The notes below the pieces were generated by a model. That model saw nothing but the letters and a program-made list of their open reading frames with translations. It did not search any database and was not told where the DNA came from. The translations under genes were made by a program, and so were the position numbers. Positions 50,710 through 62,956 of a stretch of 64,000 nucleotides of DNA are shown here, one piece after another. Numbering within the stretch: position 1 is the first letter of the stretch; the number at the start of each line of letters is the position of its first letter. Source of the DNA: Nemertoderma westbladi (lineage: Eukaryota; Animalia; Xenacoelomorpha); the NCBI GenBank assembly GCA_032718475.1, contig JAUCBJ010008942.1:1-64000 (forward strand), given 5' to 3'.

Positions 50710-52494
50710 ACTTAGCTATACAGTTGAATGCTTGCTGCTATAGTTACAGTTAAAGCAAGTCTAGTAATTCAGTATGACCGTTGGCCTAGTACCGGTAATT
50801 TATTACAGTATATTAGAATACCGGTATACACTTATAATATATAGAAGTATTGTAAACTAGGTTTGTCACAGAGTACCGGTATATAATTTTTGCACAAATA
50901 TATATAAATATATAATAGGCCTATCGTGAATACCGGTATACAGCTGACACTTATAGTATATAAGTATAATTCTGGACTAGAATAAATTACAGAATACCGG
51001 TATAATTTTAGCCTAAATTTATAGAAATAAAGATAATAGGCCTATCGTAAATACCGGTATATCAATTATTTAAATAATTGAATTTCTGAATTTTAAAGGT
51101 TACTTAGTTACTTTAACTTACTTTATTACCGTTATTTAAGCAGTAGTCCAACTGATATTGAGACCTAGTTGTTGTATGGCAGGCCTACTATTTATAAATC
51201 GTTTGAGTTGATTTATAATATATATATACCCGTTTAAAATGGGTTTTGTCAATATTTGAAATAAATGTTATTATTTCCGGGGGGAGTCACTACACAGAAG
51301 CTGTGCGCTCTCAGTGAAGTGCTACTTAATAGACACTAAAACAGATAATTCTACTTTACCTAAGTTACTTAATACTTCAAATTACGTACGATACGGGTGA
51401 GATTAATTCTCTAATTAAAACACAACAAAATATTACGTACGAAATTTTAGGGTAATTTTACAGGGAAACTACAAACCAGTCTAACAAAGGGTTAGAACTT
51501 CTGGTTATTACAACGGACAGGATACTACGGTATTTGAGAATAATAAAGCAGTAGTCAATATACTGCGTTGTCCAGATAGGAAAAATACCACCGTCTGACG
51601 ACCTATAGCCGTATCGCTATAGGTACTACGTTATGTATCACGGAGTGTCCCTACCTGGAAGTTAATTACCGCAGACTACCAGATCCAACGTGCCTATTAA
51701 CCACTTTACAACACAATACACTGCCTACACACTAATTACTTTCGGAAAGCACTGTACACCAAACCCTAAATTAGGTACAAGTACTTATTAAAACAGATAA
51801 CTAGCAGTTAAATATACTTGAACAGTTAAAAGATTCCAAAATGGTTAGTTAGTATGCGTTCTAACACGGTAGTACGACTTATTCTTTAGGAGGGGATTGA
51901 CCTTACAGCTCTGGCTGCCCCAACTTACTAACTGGAACTTTATCAGACAAACTCTACACACGCAGCAATCTCTTCAGACCTAATAATAGCTAGACAACAA
52001 TCCAGCCTACAAAAATATCTGAGTAATAACTATTACGGTACCTGAACAGACCACACAAACAAACACAGACTAAAACGCTGGCAGACTACTATCAAGCCTA
52101 AATTAACTACAGTATGTGCAGATTCCAAAATGGTTAGTTAGTATGCGTTCTAACACGGTAGTACGACTTATTCTTTAAGAGGGGATTGACCTTACAGCTC
52201 TGGCTGCCCCAACTTACTAACTGGCACTTTATCGGACAAACTCCACACACGCCGCAATCTCTCCAGACCCAACAACAGTCAGACAACAGTCCAGCCTACA
52301 ATTATCTGAACAATCTGAGCAGACTTACACGTCTTCAGCTCAATATTAACTTACATGTAAATAAAACCGACAGAAATAAGTAAAATCTCAATAAAAACCA
52401 GGGCTGCAGTCCCTGATTAAATACTAAGACCTACCGGTATACAATAATCAAAATCGAATAATACTAATGTACTTATACTGGAAGTACCGGTTAG

Positions 52495-52686
52495 GACAGT
52501 TGGGCCTACAGACCTACAGCAGTACCGGTTCAGGCAGTTAGGCCTACGGACCTACAGCAGTACCGGTTCTGGCAGTTGGGCCTACGGATCTACAGCAGTA
52601 CCGGTTCTGGCAGTTGGGCCTACGGACCTACAGCAGTACCGGTTCTGGCAGTTGGGCCTACGGACCTACAGCAGTACCGGTTCAGG
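52495..52686. repeat. Five tandem 38-bp repeats in the A leader
   Basis: GGCAGTTGGGCCTACGGACCTACAGCAGTACCGGTTCT units. Single copy in B. Confidence 0.85.
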
Positions 52687-52737
52687 TTTACCGGTCGACC
52701 GGTACTTTCAACTTTATTGCTTACTGCAATAAAGACA

Positions 52738-52748
52738 ATAACTGTTAT
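52738..52748 (-). promoter_or_regulatory. Putative self-priming primer-binding site of A
   Basis: Abuts the 5' LTR and is the exact reverse complement of LTR 53493-53503. No TGG. Confidence 0.65.
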
Positions 52749-53929
52749 TGTACGCGCTTTTGAAGACCTTTAGCAGTTTAACCTGCCAAAATTTATATGT
52801 CTTTTGGTTTATAAATAGACTTTAGTAAATGACAAATATTTAATACCAATAAACACAACATTAGCCGAAGCCAGCCTAGTGCGCGTCCATTCACCCGCTG
52901 GATATACCCGGGAGACTGGATTCGGAGGGCTTAGATTGTTATTGCAGTGTAAGCTTACTGTATTATTCGATTGATCGTTAATAAATAATTTCTGACCAAT
53001 ATTATTCACTTTCGGGAAATATTAACAGTTCCTTTAGGACGTGGCGCTCTATCTAGGTAAACAGAGATATGACTTATGCTAAACACAACGGTAAGTCGGT
53101 AAGGCTTATGATTCACGTATGAGGCGCATTCTTTAGGAAATGCTTAGTTATCAGCCACAATCATGCACACTACCGGTACCACACAATACTGCACACTAAT
53201 CTGCCGACCGTCAATGAATTTTATCATATATAAAGAGAACAGCAATTGACTCATGTAGTGCCTATCAAATAGCATTAAACTCACTACAAACCACGATAAT
53301 ATAAGTCGCAATCGCTATATGTAACCTGTCTCTCTAACCTGTAGTGTATCAAGAAAATTGGGAAATTTGGGTTATTTATCGATGTTCTCCAAGTAATAAT
53401 ATTCAACCAAACAACAGTAAAAACCATTAAGACGGTAGGTTAAGATATGATATGACAATGTACTGATAATGTAACAATGATATGATGTGCCGATAACAGT
53501 TATACGCTCTATAATCTAAGCCTACTAATGTTTCTTCTAAAGTCTGAAACGAATTGACTCCAGAGCCGGTGTTCTTGGCCTAGATAGAAACAACAAAACA
53601 GTATCAAGAAAAACAGTAAGACTGAACACTCCTAGCACGATCTGTAGAATATCTCCACATCGACAATAAAAATCGCCCTGATTGGCTGTTAAGCTAAACA
53701 AAGAACCATGTGTCCAACGGCCGTTTCCATGCCAGCAACCAGCTGTTAGATGTCGTAATCTGAATCATCAAGGCTACACTGTGCTAGAGGATTTGACGCA
53801 TTGCGGGTTTTGTGCCTTGCCATGTCCGCCAAAGCACACATATAGAAGAATGACTTTTATGTCCGTTAAAACACCTACAACGGTACTTTGCGGGCAAGGG
53901 GACTGATTATATCCGCAAAAGCTTTTACA
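52749..53929 (-). repeat. 5' LTR of A
   Basis: TG...CA termini, followed by TSD GTAAA. Confidence 0.95.
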
Positions 53930-54334
53930 GTAAAGACGAGGTCATACCAGATCTACTTCTCTGGCAACCAACTCATGGAAAGCGTAGTCGTGGACGACCT
54001 GCCATAACATATATAGATCAACTTGAAAGGGATACTGAACTTGGGAGAAACGAAATTGCGACAACTATGGAGAATCGGGAAGCCTGGAAGGATCTCATTT
54101 CCACTGTCCGAGTTCGCTCGACCTAGTAGTAGTAGTAGTAGTAGTTACTGATCCTAGTCTGTAATAATACTGATATATACTCTAGGTGTATACCGGTATT
54201 CTAATATTAAGATATATACTACATTACATTGAGTAGTGATATAGGTAACTACTAGGCTGACAGTTGATACTGATTTCCCCTAGACTTGCTTTAACTGTTA
54301 TTATAGTAGTAGGCATTCAACTGTAAAATAAATT

Positions 54335-57300
54335 ATGTCTGACACAAAACAAACACTGTCAGATAGTCTCTTAGAAAGAACGATCTGTGAATCAGATCAA
54401 AGTATAGAACATCTCAGACCGAAGTCTAAGTCCCCTCCTACCTTAAGAAAGGTTATCCCTACTGTAGTAGTATCAGACCCTAGGCTAGTAAAGCATCATA
54501 GGTTTATTATAGGCACTAGGGCTCAAGTTAAGCGAGACCAGGAGATGGCTGCCAAACAACAACAGCACCCGAACCGAGAACTTATTTCTCAACTGCGTAG
54601 TAACTCTAGTTCCGACACCGAAGTGTTAACGCCCGAGATCGGAACAAGGAGGGCAGAAGCGGTTTATCCAGACCCACTTGTAATTCTTCCTGGAGCAGTG
54701 CTCACTAGAGTACTTATAGCTGTAGACGAACATCAAGCGGATTGGATGAGAAATAAGAGATCGACCAGGGACAGTTATGCAGGATACCCGATGGAAGAAC
54801 TAAGGTCTATTGTAGAGACACAATGGAACTTCCCCGGACCCGGGCTCCCGTTTAACTTATCGGAAGCTGCCTGGGAAGACTTATACCAAATGGGGGTAGT
54901 GAGGGACACCCAAGATCCCGCTGTATGGAAGAGGTCAGCAGCAGGATATGTCCATGGATTCTTCAATTCCTTGGAAAGAATAGAAATACAATTATTTCAA
55001 CAACCACAAGGACCTCAAGAGCAGGGAGAGCTGCTTTACCAAGTGAGAGAACGTATTTTGAGGATCAGGTTAATCCTTTCAGCCTTTGAAGAGGCCTCTA
55101 AGAGAAGTCAAGACACGTCGTTGCAGGTGGCTGTGAAGACTTGGTTCCAGAGAGTGAATGTTAAAGTCCAGGGAACAACACAATGGAGGGTTCAGCTTAC
55201 TGAACGAGTAACCCACGGAGAATCAACAGATACAACCTTTTCTCATATGGAAGGCGAGGCGGTATCCGAAAAACCTCAGGAGAAGGATGCTATTGACATC
55301 TATCTGTCGGATTATCAACGATTTATAGGTGACAAAGAGCTAAGGAGACGGCTAGCTGGACTTCACCCCAATAGTGAAAGAGCCAAATTTATTTTGGACT
55401 CTTTAGATGCAGAGATATTAGCCGCGGAGCAGGCTAAATTTGATGAAAGCATTCTCATCGCAATGGACAGAGAAGAACAACTAAAGAAAAGGCAAATAGA
55501 AGACCGAAAGGTAGCAGCAGCAGCGGCAGCAGCAGAGGTTGAAAGAAAAGAGGCAGCGGCAGCTGCGGAAGCTGAAAGAGAGGCAGCAGAAGCTGAAAGA
55601 AAAGAGGCAGCGGCAGCGGCGGAAGTTAAAAGAAAGGCGGCAGAAGCTGAAAGAAAAGCAGCAGCAGCGGCAGTGGCAGAAGCAGAACGGAGGGCATCTG
55701 AAGCGACAGTCCAACTAGAGTTGGAGAACCTCCAGGCGAAACAAGATTACTTAAACAAACAAAGGGCAGCTACTCAGATGCAACTACTGAGTCGATCTAC
55801 TCCCAGAAGTCAAGGATTTACCTCCTCGGATGAAGGTGATACAACTGATACCGAGGGTAAAGGTAATAAATCTCATTAAAGTGGACGTAGAAGAGCGCCC
55901 CACCGGCATAAGTTGCCTAACTTACCGCCTGCGGTGAGAAGGGAGCTAGCTAGTGTAGACTTAAGTAATCAAGAACCAACAGCCCAAATTATTAGAGTAG
56001 AAAAACGCCCTACTATAGTAGATGAGCCAGAAATAATTAGGCCTGTTAGCGAAGCCACTCCCTTAATAGAGACACCTTTGCTCCAAGAACCTAACTCTAA
56101 ATTCCCTTTGCACAGTACCAAACTATATGTGCCCAGTAGACAACTGCCGGAATCCCAAACAGTCCTGGATGCCGAGCAAGACATTATAAACAAATTGTCT
56201 CCCGTCGTCCCGATGCGCCATCCAGCTACTACGTTGGCGACTCCCACCTCCGCGGTTGAGTGGATAGACGAGGGACGACGGGGGATGGAGCAGTTGCTCG
56301 GACAGCTCAAGGATAATAAAATTGAGTCTTCCAAACAAGTCCAAGAATTGGAATTGGAGAAGCAAAAGTATTGCTTTAGAGCGCGATAAATTAGTAAATA
56401 TACAAATGGGTATACCACCACCCCCTGTAACAATGTGTCAGCCTGTTAGGTCTGAAGTATTTCATGCGCAAGGTGTGGAGCCTACACGCATCTATACTGC
56501 TAGCGAAGTAGAAACTCCGATAGTAAAACCTATTAAGGGTATTTATAAACCTGTTGATAATGATATCCCATACAGATCTGATAATAATCCGAGAAATTTA
56601 TATACCGATAATTCGATATTAAATAATACGATGGCTCAAGAAAGTTTTACATGTCAAATGGCTAGAACTGAAGCCCGTCAAGCGTTAAAAGTGGGAGAGG
56701 TCGTCAAGTTCAATGGAGATGAGATGAACTGGTTACCTTTAAATGAATATTACAAAGATAACATACAGAACTCCTTACTATCCAACGGAGAGAAACTACG
56801 ATTCCTCATCGAGTGCTTGGAAGGACCTCCCAAGTTAATGGCGTTAAAGTTTATTGGACATCCGGACGGATTGAGACAAGTTTGGGATACATTAAACATC
56901 AGGTATGGTAACAGGACTAACATAGCTAGGTATCTGTATGCGAAATTAGTAGCGCCCCAAAAGTTTCTTAGCAGCGGGATTATAGAGTTTTCCGACGAGA
57001 TTCAGGAGATCTGTAGACAGCTAGACTGGTTAGGTAAGTCTCTGGAATACCAGAGTTCTATGGTTGTAGGAGCCGTAGCATCAACTTTGCCAAATGGTGT
57101 GTAGGTACTCGCTGGGACAAAAGGGTTCTCTATCTGATGGACCAACAACATAGAGACCCTACCATGGCTGATCTCATGTCGTTCTTAAATGGAGAGGTAA
57201 GATTACAGCTCCTAAAACAGTCTAGAGAGAAGACACCAGAAAGTAAGGTAAGTGAAAAACCCGTTACTAGGAGAAAGGTAACACCAGTGTGTTATACAGA

Positions 57301-60300
57301 TGATTGCAAAAGCCAAACGTCATATGACGAGAACAGCGGCAAGGACACCGAAAGATCTTATTATGTCAACAAAGTTAGGAAAGATGTAAGTAAATCTAAG
57401 TCTCGAACCAGTGACAGGAGAGAACAGGTAACAACTCCCCCTACGTCTCCTAAGAGAATTCATGGAAGGTAGCCCGAAGAAAGAGCTAGCGTACACAACA
57501 CGACGCAGGTTAAGGTAAGTAACATCAAACCTAAGTGTGTATTGTGCGACGGGCCACATCGCTTGAGTGGGTGTGATGAATTCTTAAAGAAAACATTGAA
57601 GGATAGACGTGATGTCATGTGGGATAAACGGTTGTGCTATATTTTCCTCAGGCGAGGACATCAACGAAGAACCTGTTACTCAGAGGCGAGGTGTGCTAAG
57701 TGCGGCGCGAAACATGATATCTTGCTGCACACCGAGTTTGATAGGACCCGTACGAGTCAGGTAAGTGAGCCCGAACTACATGTCCAATTCAGTGATGTGA
57801 ACGACACTGACCACAGTTCGGAGATGGAAGGATTCTACACTGATGAATTTTCAGACGAAAATGAATCCTGTTATATGATCAACACAACTGTGTATCGAGC
57901 ACTTACATATGAGACCGAAACGGAGGGAGAAGAACCCCGACTGTCTATTCCAGATCGACAGCTCTCTGGTAAAGCGCCAACATCATCTGTCGGTATCCGA
58001 GAGTTTCCCGTAGTGCAACTGTTCCACTATATCCCTAACCAGATGAATAATTACATATCTGATATGTGGAAAAGGAGAATTTGCGCTAATTACCAGGATG
58101 ACGTGGATGATATTAGATCGCCACCTCTACAACCAATAAATATGGAGTGCTGGAGAAGCGTTGAATCGTTCATACTTGGTGTCCTCTTGGGTCAACCAAA
58201 TACTGCATATATGAAACATTTATATGGTGATATAGACAACAATATGTGCTTATGTGGGGAACCTGAAACTGCAACACACTTTATATTTGAATGTAACTTA
58301 CCACATAAGATCACATATATCCAGTCACTCAAAAACAAACTATGGAAAAAGGGTCTATCCGAGACATTAAGTAGCTTACAGTTCTGCCGAGATACAGAGG
58401 TTATTTCTGCACTGATAGCGGTGTGGACGAGAACGTGACGATGATTATTGAAACAAAACAAATATCAAACGAGGAGGCGCTAAATTCACAAACATGGTCG
58501 ACTAAATGTTAACGAATAACTGAACTGAATAACTTTTAATTCATTTAAAACACATTTTATCATTCTAATTAATAAATACATACTGTATTTGATTTTAACT
58601 AACTATTATTGTGCCTCCATTTGATCTGCATATATGGATATTTTATTAAAGAATTATATATATAACTGAGGGTCCATGGGATAGGGAAGTGAACGCCCTC
58701 CTTGACTCCGGCAGTACAGGCACTTTTATAGACAAAGACCTAGCCGAAGATATCTTTGCTGGTCAACCTATCTTTGCTGGAATTATGCAGGTTTGGAAAT
58801 CCACAGTATCAACAGATTACTATATGGGTTCGTTGTCCACTCCCCAAGATGAACTCGGAGAAAATAGTGTAAGGTCAGTCAAGATGGTGCCGATAAAGAA
58901 CTTTGCAACTAGCCAAGTGGAGCCTTACAACTGGGATGAAGATCATTTTACCCAGCAATAATGTATCCAGGGGTACAGATTTTGCTCGGCCAAAACGCAC
59001 ACGAGGCGCTTGAGACATTAGAAAAACGGCCTGCTCGACCGCGACCACTCCAGACATACGCGGGAAGAACAAGAGTAGGTTGGTACTTCACTGGACCTTC
59101 CCATAGGACTTTACAAGAAAGACTCCCGAGTGAACAAGTCCACCAGGTAAATAAGTGGGAGGAAGATATAAGTGAAGAAGAAATTCCAGCTGAGGAAACT
59201 CCATACTCCTCAGATAACGACGACATATGTAATTTATATGACGAGGAAAATACCATTGAAATCCTCACTGAGAACCAAACTTGGTTAAACCAGGTCAACT
59301 TATGTAACCTTATCAGTCAACATAGCGAACAATTGACGTATGATGATGAATTAAATGAAGCTGTAGAGCGGTATAATAGTAAAATATGCGATGAACACGC
59401 CATATGATTCTTTACTCAAGAAGCGGTAGAGCCTAATTCCTACGACAAAGCATTATCGGTCGAGGAAGGGAGAGCAAAGCAGATGCAGGAAACGACCACA
59501 CGTTATCTGAAAGATGAAGGTTGTTATGAGATTGCTCTGCCGTTCCGATGGAGAGAACCCAGCTTTGTGAATAACCGACCTTTAGCGGAAAAAAGAATCG
59601 CTCAACTTCTTCGGCGTTTGACGGCTAACGATCGAGCCAAAGAAATGTATAAAACCCAATTGAAGAAGTTTATAGACAAAGGATTCGCGGAGCGAGTTCC
59701 GGAAGAAACACCCATAACGGAGAGAACGTATTATTTGACACATCATTACGTTCCCAAGCCCGGTAAACCAAATGAAGTCCGGATAGTGTTTCATGGCTCC
59801 GCCCTTTACATGGGACGATCCCTGAATTCCGAACTGTTGCCGGGACCCAACTTACTCCAATCTTTGTTGGGAATGTTACTACGACTGAGGCAATATTCGA
59901 TCGATTCGGACATCAAAGGCATGTTTCTACAAGTTAAAGTGTTAGCTAGGGATCGAGACAGCCTACGATTTTTGTGGTGGCCTGAAGGAGACCTCAACCG
60001 AAAACCGGTAGAGTATTGGATGACAATCCAGGCTTTCGGGGTCATATCGAGCCCCTCCAACGCTTGTTCAGTAGTGCGTACCACTGCCGATGACAACAGA
60101 GACGCCTTCTCTAAAGCGGTTATTGACAACATCAAACGGGATATTTACATGGACGACAATTTAAAGTCCCTCCCATCGGTGGAAGAAGCAATCGATGTTG
60201 CCAAGTGAATGGTAGAGTGCTTACAACGAGGTGGATTTCGCCTAACCAAATTCACTAGTAACTCCTGTGAGTTCCTGGAATGATCCCAGTAGAAGACCGA

Positions 60301-62956
60301 GGTGTAAAAGACCTGGACCTCATTAAGGACGATCTTCCAGAAACCAAAACCCTTGGATTAAAATGGGACACGGAGAGAGATATTATATTCTTTCAATTGA
60401 AGCAACGAAACAATCCAGTTAGAACAAAACGGATTTGTCTAAGTATCCTGAGCACCTATTTCGATCCGTTGGGATTCACTAGCCCAGTCATACTAGTTGC
60501 TTGGAGCTTATTGCAACAAATGTGGCTCGAAAACCACTTGTGGGATGATCCACTCAAGGGAGAACTGCTAAAGAAGTGGATGAAATGGGAAAATTCTTTA
60601 CCATCTATCGAGAACTTTAAGATTTCCCGCTCCTATTTCGGTCACATTCTCCCAACGTATTCCTATCAACTCCATGTTTTTGGAGACGCCAGCGATATAG
60701 GAATAGGTATAGTAGCCTACCTGAGGGTTGAAACTCCCGATGGAATTAAGGTTTCATTAGTCTCCTCTAAAGCCCTAATAAACAACAAACTACAAGTTCC
60801 CAGAGCGGAGTTAAAGGCGGCTCTATACGATACAGCCATCGGCCGGAATGTAACGGAACAGATCGACTATCCACTAGAGAAAACTGTCTATTGGACCGAT
60901 GCTTTACTCGTTCTGGAGTATATAACTAATGAAGTCTGTCAGTTCAGCATCTCTGTTACCAAAAGAGTAGCCATTATACTCAGTCTCTCTAATATAGATC
61001 AATGGAGACATTGCCCTGGGACGATTAATCCAGCTGACATCGCTTCCAGAGGTACAACTCCTCAAGAATTGATAGATACTCCAGACTGGTTAGGTGGACC
61101 CGACTTCCTGATTAAAGAAGAGGAGGAATGGCCCCCTCATCTCACTGCAGCAGAGATCAGACAAGCCAAGGGAGTGGAGAAAGTCGAACCGAAAACCCGT
61201 CGAGTAAATCAAAGTTATTTAAGCCAGTGATAGATCTGTCTGTGCTACATGCCTCCGGTGACGACGCTGTGGATCTAAACTCACCCAAGGATGTTACCCG
61301 AAATACAAATAAATCCGTTATAGAAATCACGAAAAGAGACTGGAAATCTGGAACACCAGATGTCTCGCAAGGACTCTCTCCTCTCCTACAAAGAGCGATA
61401 GATCATTATAGCTCCTGGAATCGGCTTTGCAAGGCCATTGTGTATCTGAAAAGATGTTTCCATCATCACTATTCCAGGATGAAGATCGCTAATGATGCCG
61501 CTCCAGTAGTAGCTGAAAAGGTCCATGCTACTAAAGACCTTCCCACTTATAGAGTGTCTGATAGGTTTCTGACTGAGAAGATCAGTTACCAAGAACATGA
61601 TGATACTAACAAGCAGATACTGAGACTCCTGCAATGTTACGAAGATTCCGATAAGTATTTCCTGTTGTTGAGAAATCCACAGATGCGCTTAAGGGATCGT
61701 TTCTCTAGCACAATGATAGATGGGTTAATACGTGTTGGAGGGAGATTAACTAATGCTCCATTGTCCTTTGACACTAAGTTTCCCATACTCATTAGAAATC
61801 TTGAAATACAAATCAAGATGATTGTAAATGTTCACAGTAAGCTTTACCATGCTGGTAGAGAACGAGTTCTTAGCAAAATTCGAACTCGCTATTATTTCCA
61901 TAAGCCCCTTGAGCTCTAAATCAAGTTCTTAGGAACTGTATACCCTGTAGGAAAGCATTTAGTAGGCCTTTAACACAGCAAGAGGCAGAATTACCTAGGG
62001 AACGAGTAAGCTGTTATGACCCACCCTTTACTAATACTGGTGTGAATTTATTTGGCCCTATTGAAGTATATCATGCTAGGACTATAGTCAAGCGATGGTG
62101 CGTCATCTTTGTCTGTATGACTTGTAGAGCGATCCATCTAGATATGGTGAATGATCTATCTACCAACAGCTTCATACTGAGCTTACACTGACAAATCGCT
62201 CGTTTTGGGACTAGCAACACTATGAAATCTGACAAAGGAACTAATTTCATTTGTGCCAATAACGAGATCAAAGCTTACGTAAAGGATTGGAACCAAAGAC
62301 AGGTGGACGATCAGCTAAGAGTAACATCATCTAGCTGGACCTTCAACGCCGCCGACGCCCCTTGGTGGGGAGGAAGTTGGGAGAGACTCATACAAAGCGT
62401 GAAGACCGCATTTCACTTCATAGTGCCGTGCTGCAGGTATTTCACCGACGAACTTTTGCGGACGTTAATGGAAGAAATCGCCGCCTATCTCAACGAGAGA
62501 CCGCTTATGCCAGTGTCATCTAGTCCCGACTCCCTAGAAGCGCTAACACCCGTGCATTTCCTACTAAAGAAACCTGTAGCCATGCTCCCGCAATCGGAAA
62601 TAACAGACGGAGACGAATACTGCCGACAAACTTGGCAACTTATGCAGTAATTATCCCGTCGTTTCGCTGACCAATTCGAAAAACATTATCTTCCTATGCT
62701 ACAACTTCGAACAAAATGGTTTGTGCAGCAAGAAAACGTCAGCGCCGGAGACATGGTCCTTATCGTGGAATCAGATCTTCCACATAAGAGGTGGCAGACA
62801 GGTCGCATCATCGAGACTCATATATCCGATGATGGTTTAGTGCGATCAGTAGAACTCGTCGTCATGCAACGTAACTTTAAGAAACCTGGAATTGTGTTCG
62901 AAACGCAACAACTTAATCGCCCAGTTGGTCGTTTATGTTTACTGGAAAGAGACTGA
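54335..62956 (+). pseudogene. gag-pol of BEL copy C, many stops and frameshifts
   Basis: Series of ORFs colinear with the A proteins (zinc knuckles, LLDSGS, YMDD, FGDAS, SDKGTNF, WERLI). Confidence 0.92.
58022..58663 (+). mobile_element. 5'-truncated non-LTR retrotransposon 3' end inserted in the C protease region
   Basis: TSD AACTG, CLCGEPETATHFIFEC C-terminal zinc motif typical of LINE ORF2, AT-rich 3' UTR and (TA)n tail. The host frame rejoins (FPVVQL|RVHG). Confidence 0.75.

Larger units (their letters stand above)
38207..53929 (-). mobile_element. Complete BEL/Pao LTR retrotransposon copy A (15.7 kb)
   Basis: Two 1181-bp LTRs (about 9 substitutions by eye), TSD GTAAA (38202-38206/53930-53934), order gag-PR-RT-RH-IN, PPT-like GGGAGCGG at 39388-39395. 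Confidence 0.95.
34857..54143 (+). mobile_element. Full-length RTE-like LINE (34857-38206 plus 53935-54143), split by BEL A
   Basis: 11-bp TSD GTTACTGATCC (34846-34856/54144-54154), (TAG)n tail, and ORF rejoining across A (HCWRSK|DEVIPDLLLWQP). Confidence 0.93.

Noticed and set aside
52495-52686. 38-bp repeats as a CRISPR-like array
   Set aside because: Contiguous tandem units without unique spacers, in a eukaryotic retrotransposon leader.
57542-58438. Novel gag-zinc finger fusion protein
   Set aside because: Chance in-frame read-through into an inserted LINE 3' fragment bounded by TSD AACTG.
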